Positions 62,283-64,000 of a stretch of DNA of 64,000 nt are shown one piece after another. This DNA comes from an uncultured virus (IMG/VR IMGVR_UViG_3300044617_001027) (lineage: Duplodnaviria > Heunggongvirae > Uroviricota > Caudoviricetes): IMG/VR virus record IMGVR_UViG_3300044617_001027; one strand, 5' to 3'. Numbering within the stretch: the first letter of the stretch is position 1; every line of letters begins with the position of its first letter. The notes below the pieces were generated by a model, which saw only the letters and a program-made list of their open reading frames with translations, made no database searches and was not told where the DNA came from. Made by a program: the position numbers and the translations under genes.

Positions 62283-62663
62283 ATGGCAAATTTTGATGAT
62301 TTAGGTTACGACGAAGTGGTAGACACTATCTGCGACGTAATTGACTTAGGAAAAAATGTAAAAAACGTATTTGCTGACGGATTCCAAGTAATTCCTGATC
62401 TTATCGCGTTGACTCCTGAATTCTTTAAAGTTCAAGAGATTATTTCTGACGCTCCCTTGGCAATCAACCAACTTAAAAATTTGAGTGTGGAAGAAGCTAA
62501 AAAGGCACACGCAGAAATTTCAAAACGTACAGGTGTAGCTCAAGACAAAGTAGTTGATACAGTTACTAAGGGCTTCGGCATTGTAGTAGAATTGTATGAA
62601 GTATTCGCTTGGAATCAGGCGAAGTTCTATGCAATCAAGACAAAAATACAGGACTTAGCTTAA
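62283..62663 (+). CDS. Hypothetical helical protein
   Basis: A-rich start context and its own terminator. Confidence 0.7.
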   Translation: MANFDDLGYDEVVDTICDVIDLGKNVKNVFADGFQVIPDLIALTPEFFKVQEIISDAPLAINQLKNLSVEEAKKAHAEISKRTGVAQDKVVDTVTKGFGIVVELYEVFAWNQAKFYAIKTKIQDLA

Positions 62664-62681
62664 CCTAACGACTAACTTTAC

Positions 62682-62712
62682 GCCCCGCTAAAAAAATTTG
62701 GCGGGGCTTTTT
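62682..62712 (+). terminator. Intrinsic terminator
   Basis: GCCCCGCTAAA-AAAA-TTTGGCGGGGC-TTTTT. Confidence 0.85.
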
Positions 62713-62751
62713 AATTAATACATTATGCAATATTTATACTAAAGGTTAATC

Positions 62752-63888
62752 ATGCTAATTTACAGGCCTACTATTATTTCTGGTTCGGGATATTACTCCG
62801 GGTCTTTTGATGGAGACGGGTCTAGGTTATATAACATACCATCATCTTCCTACGCTATAACTGCCTCCTATGCTTTAAATGGAGGAACCGGAGGTGGTGA
62901 AAAAGGTGATAAAGGAGAAATGGGAGATTCTGTTTTTACCTCCTCTTTACAAGGAGTATTAGTAACAGTTAATCACAATTTAGATTTAGAATATCCTGTT
63001 TACAATATTTATGATAATTTAGGAAAAGAGGTAATACCTAAGGAATTTACCATAATTAATCCAAATTCCGTACAAGTAAATTTCGGCATACCATTTACCG
63101 GCTCTATAAGTATTTCCGCTGGTCAACAAGGTTTTAAAGGACAAAAAGGGAGTAAAGGAGAAGTTGGTGTCAAGGGAAATAAAGGAGAGTTAGGAGAAGC
63201 TGTTTATAGTTCATCTATTCAAGGCACTGTTATTTCTGTGGCTCATAATTTAGATATTCAATATCCTGTTTTTACTATTTATGATAATTTAGGAGATAAT
63301 ATAATACCTAAATCTTTTTCTGTTATAAATGATAATACCGTTGAAGTTGATTTCGGTATTGGATTTACTGGCTCTATAAGCATTGCAAGCGGTATAAAAG
63401 GGCAAAAAGGAGAACCTTACAATGGATCTGTAATATATGAGAGCGGTAGTAAAATAGGTATAGGCATTCCAAATCCTACATTTCAATTACAATTATCTAC
63501 AAATAGTGCAGGTAAACCAACTGGAGGATCTTGGTCGGATTCTTCGGATATAAGGTTAAAGACAGATATAAAAGACATAGATAATCCACTACATATATTA
63601 AAAAAAATAAGAGGAGTTACTTTTAGATGGAAAGATGGTTTACGAGATGATTGTAACTCCGGAGGTTTTATAGCAGATGAATTAGAGAATGTATTCCCCT
63701 CTTGGGTCACAATACAAGAGTCTTCTGAGAAAGAAAAACTGTATATAGAAGACAATAAAGTAAAAACTATCTCGCTACCCTTTTATTTTGATGCTATTAT
63801 AGTTGAATCAATAAAAAAACAGCAAGAAGAAATAGAAATGCTAAAAACTAGTATTTTAGAATTAGAACTACTTATTAAAAATACATAA
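62752..63888 (+). CDS. Short fibre protein with Gly-X-Lys collagen segments, two tandem beta domains and an S74 chaperone
   Basis: GEKGDKGEMG and GFKGQKGSKGEVGVKGNKGELG; two copies of HNLD..YPV..IYD; SDIRLKTDIKDI...GFIADEL. Confidence 0.8.
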   Translation: MLIYRPTIISGSGYYSGSFDGDGSRLYNIPSSSYAITASYALNGGTGGGEKGDKGEMGDSVFTSSLQGVLVTVNHNLDLEYPVYNIYDNLGKEVIPKEFTIINPNSVQVNFGIPFTGSISISAGQQGFKGQKGSKGEVGVKGNKGELGEAVYSSSIQGTVISVAHNLDIQYPVFTIYDNLGDNIIPKSFSVINDNTVEVDFGIGFTGSISIASGIKGQKGEPYNGSVIYESGSKIGIGIPNPTFQLQLSTNSAGKPTGGSWSDSSDIRLKTDIKDIDNPLHILKKIRGVTFRWKDGLRDDCNSGGFIADELENVFPSWVTIQESSEKEKLYIEDNKVKTISLPFYFDAIIVESIKKQQEEIEMLKTSILELELLIKNT

Positions 63889-63893
63889 TTATA

Positions 63894-64000
63894 ATGAGGA
63901 TACTATTCCCTACAATATTTTCTGGTTCTGGGTATTTTTCTGGTTCTTTTGATGGAAACGGGTCAAGACTTAAGGGTATATTGACATCTTCTATTGTTAA
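63894..64000 (+). CDS. Partial ORF; N-terminus paralogous to 62752..63888
   Basis: MRILFPTIFSGSGYFSGSFDGNGSRL versus MLIYRPTIISGSGYYSGSFDGDGSRL. Confidence 0.75.
   Translation, partial: MRILFPTIFSGSGYFSGSFDGNGSRLKGILTSSIV

Noticed and set aside
1..64000. Stop-codon reassignment, as in some large phages
   Set aside because: Core genes are intact and densely packed under the standard code, and TAA, TAG and TGA all end genes at sensible positions.

Overview
This 64-kb, AT-rich window comes from a large T4-like myovirus (contractile-tailed phage). The host is probably Bacteroidota: there is a TTG-N19-TAnnTTTG promoter, and starts are A-rich without Shine-Dalgarno sequences. Bases 1-60.9 kb are one minus-strand late region. 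In transcription order it holds a gp55-like sigma, spike and baseplate genes, a recombination/replication insert (endonuclease I, primase, fused Mre11-Rad50), a giant collagen-like fibre, terminase, portal, protease, scaffold, major capsid, PhoH, neck, sheath, three tube paralogs, chaperones and tape measure. The strand switches at a CATG-rich gap near 61 kb. The top finding is a candidate phage collagen-modification system. A three-domain enzyme (14849..17131) fuses a GT-B-like glycosyltransferase, a COLGALT-like GT25 domain and a PLOD/LH3-like lysyl hydroxylase. The same window encodes collagen-like fibres rich in Gly-X-Lys, one with an internal Hint domain plus an S74 chaperone. All family calls come from recognising motifs by eye; no searches were run.
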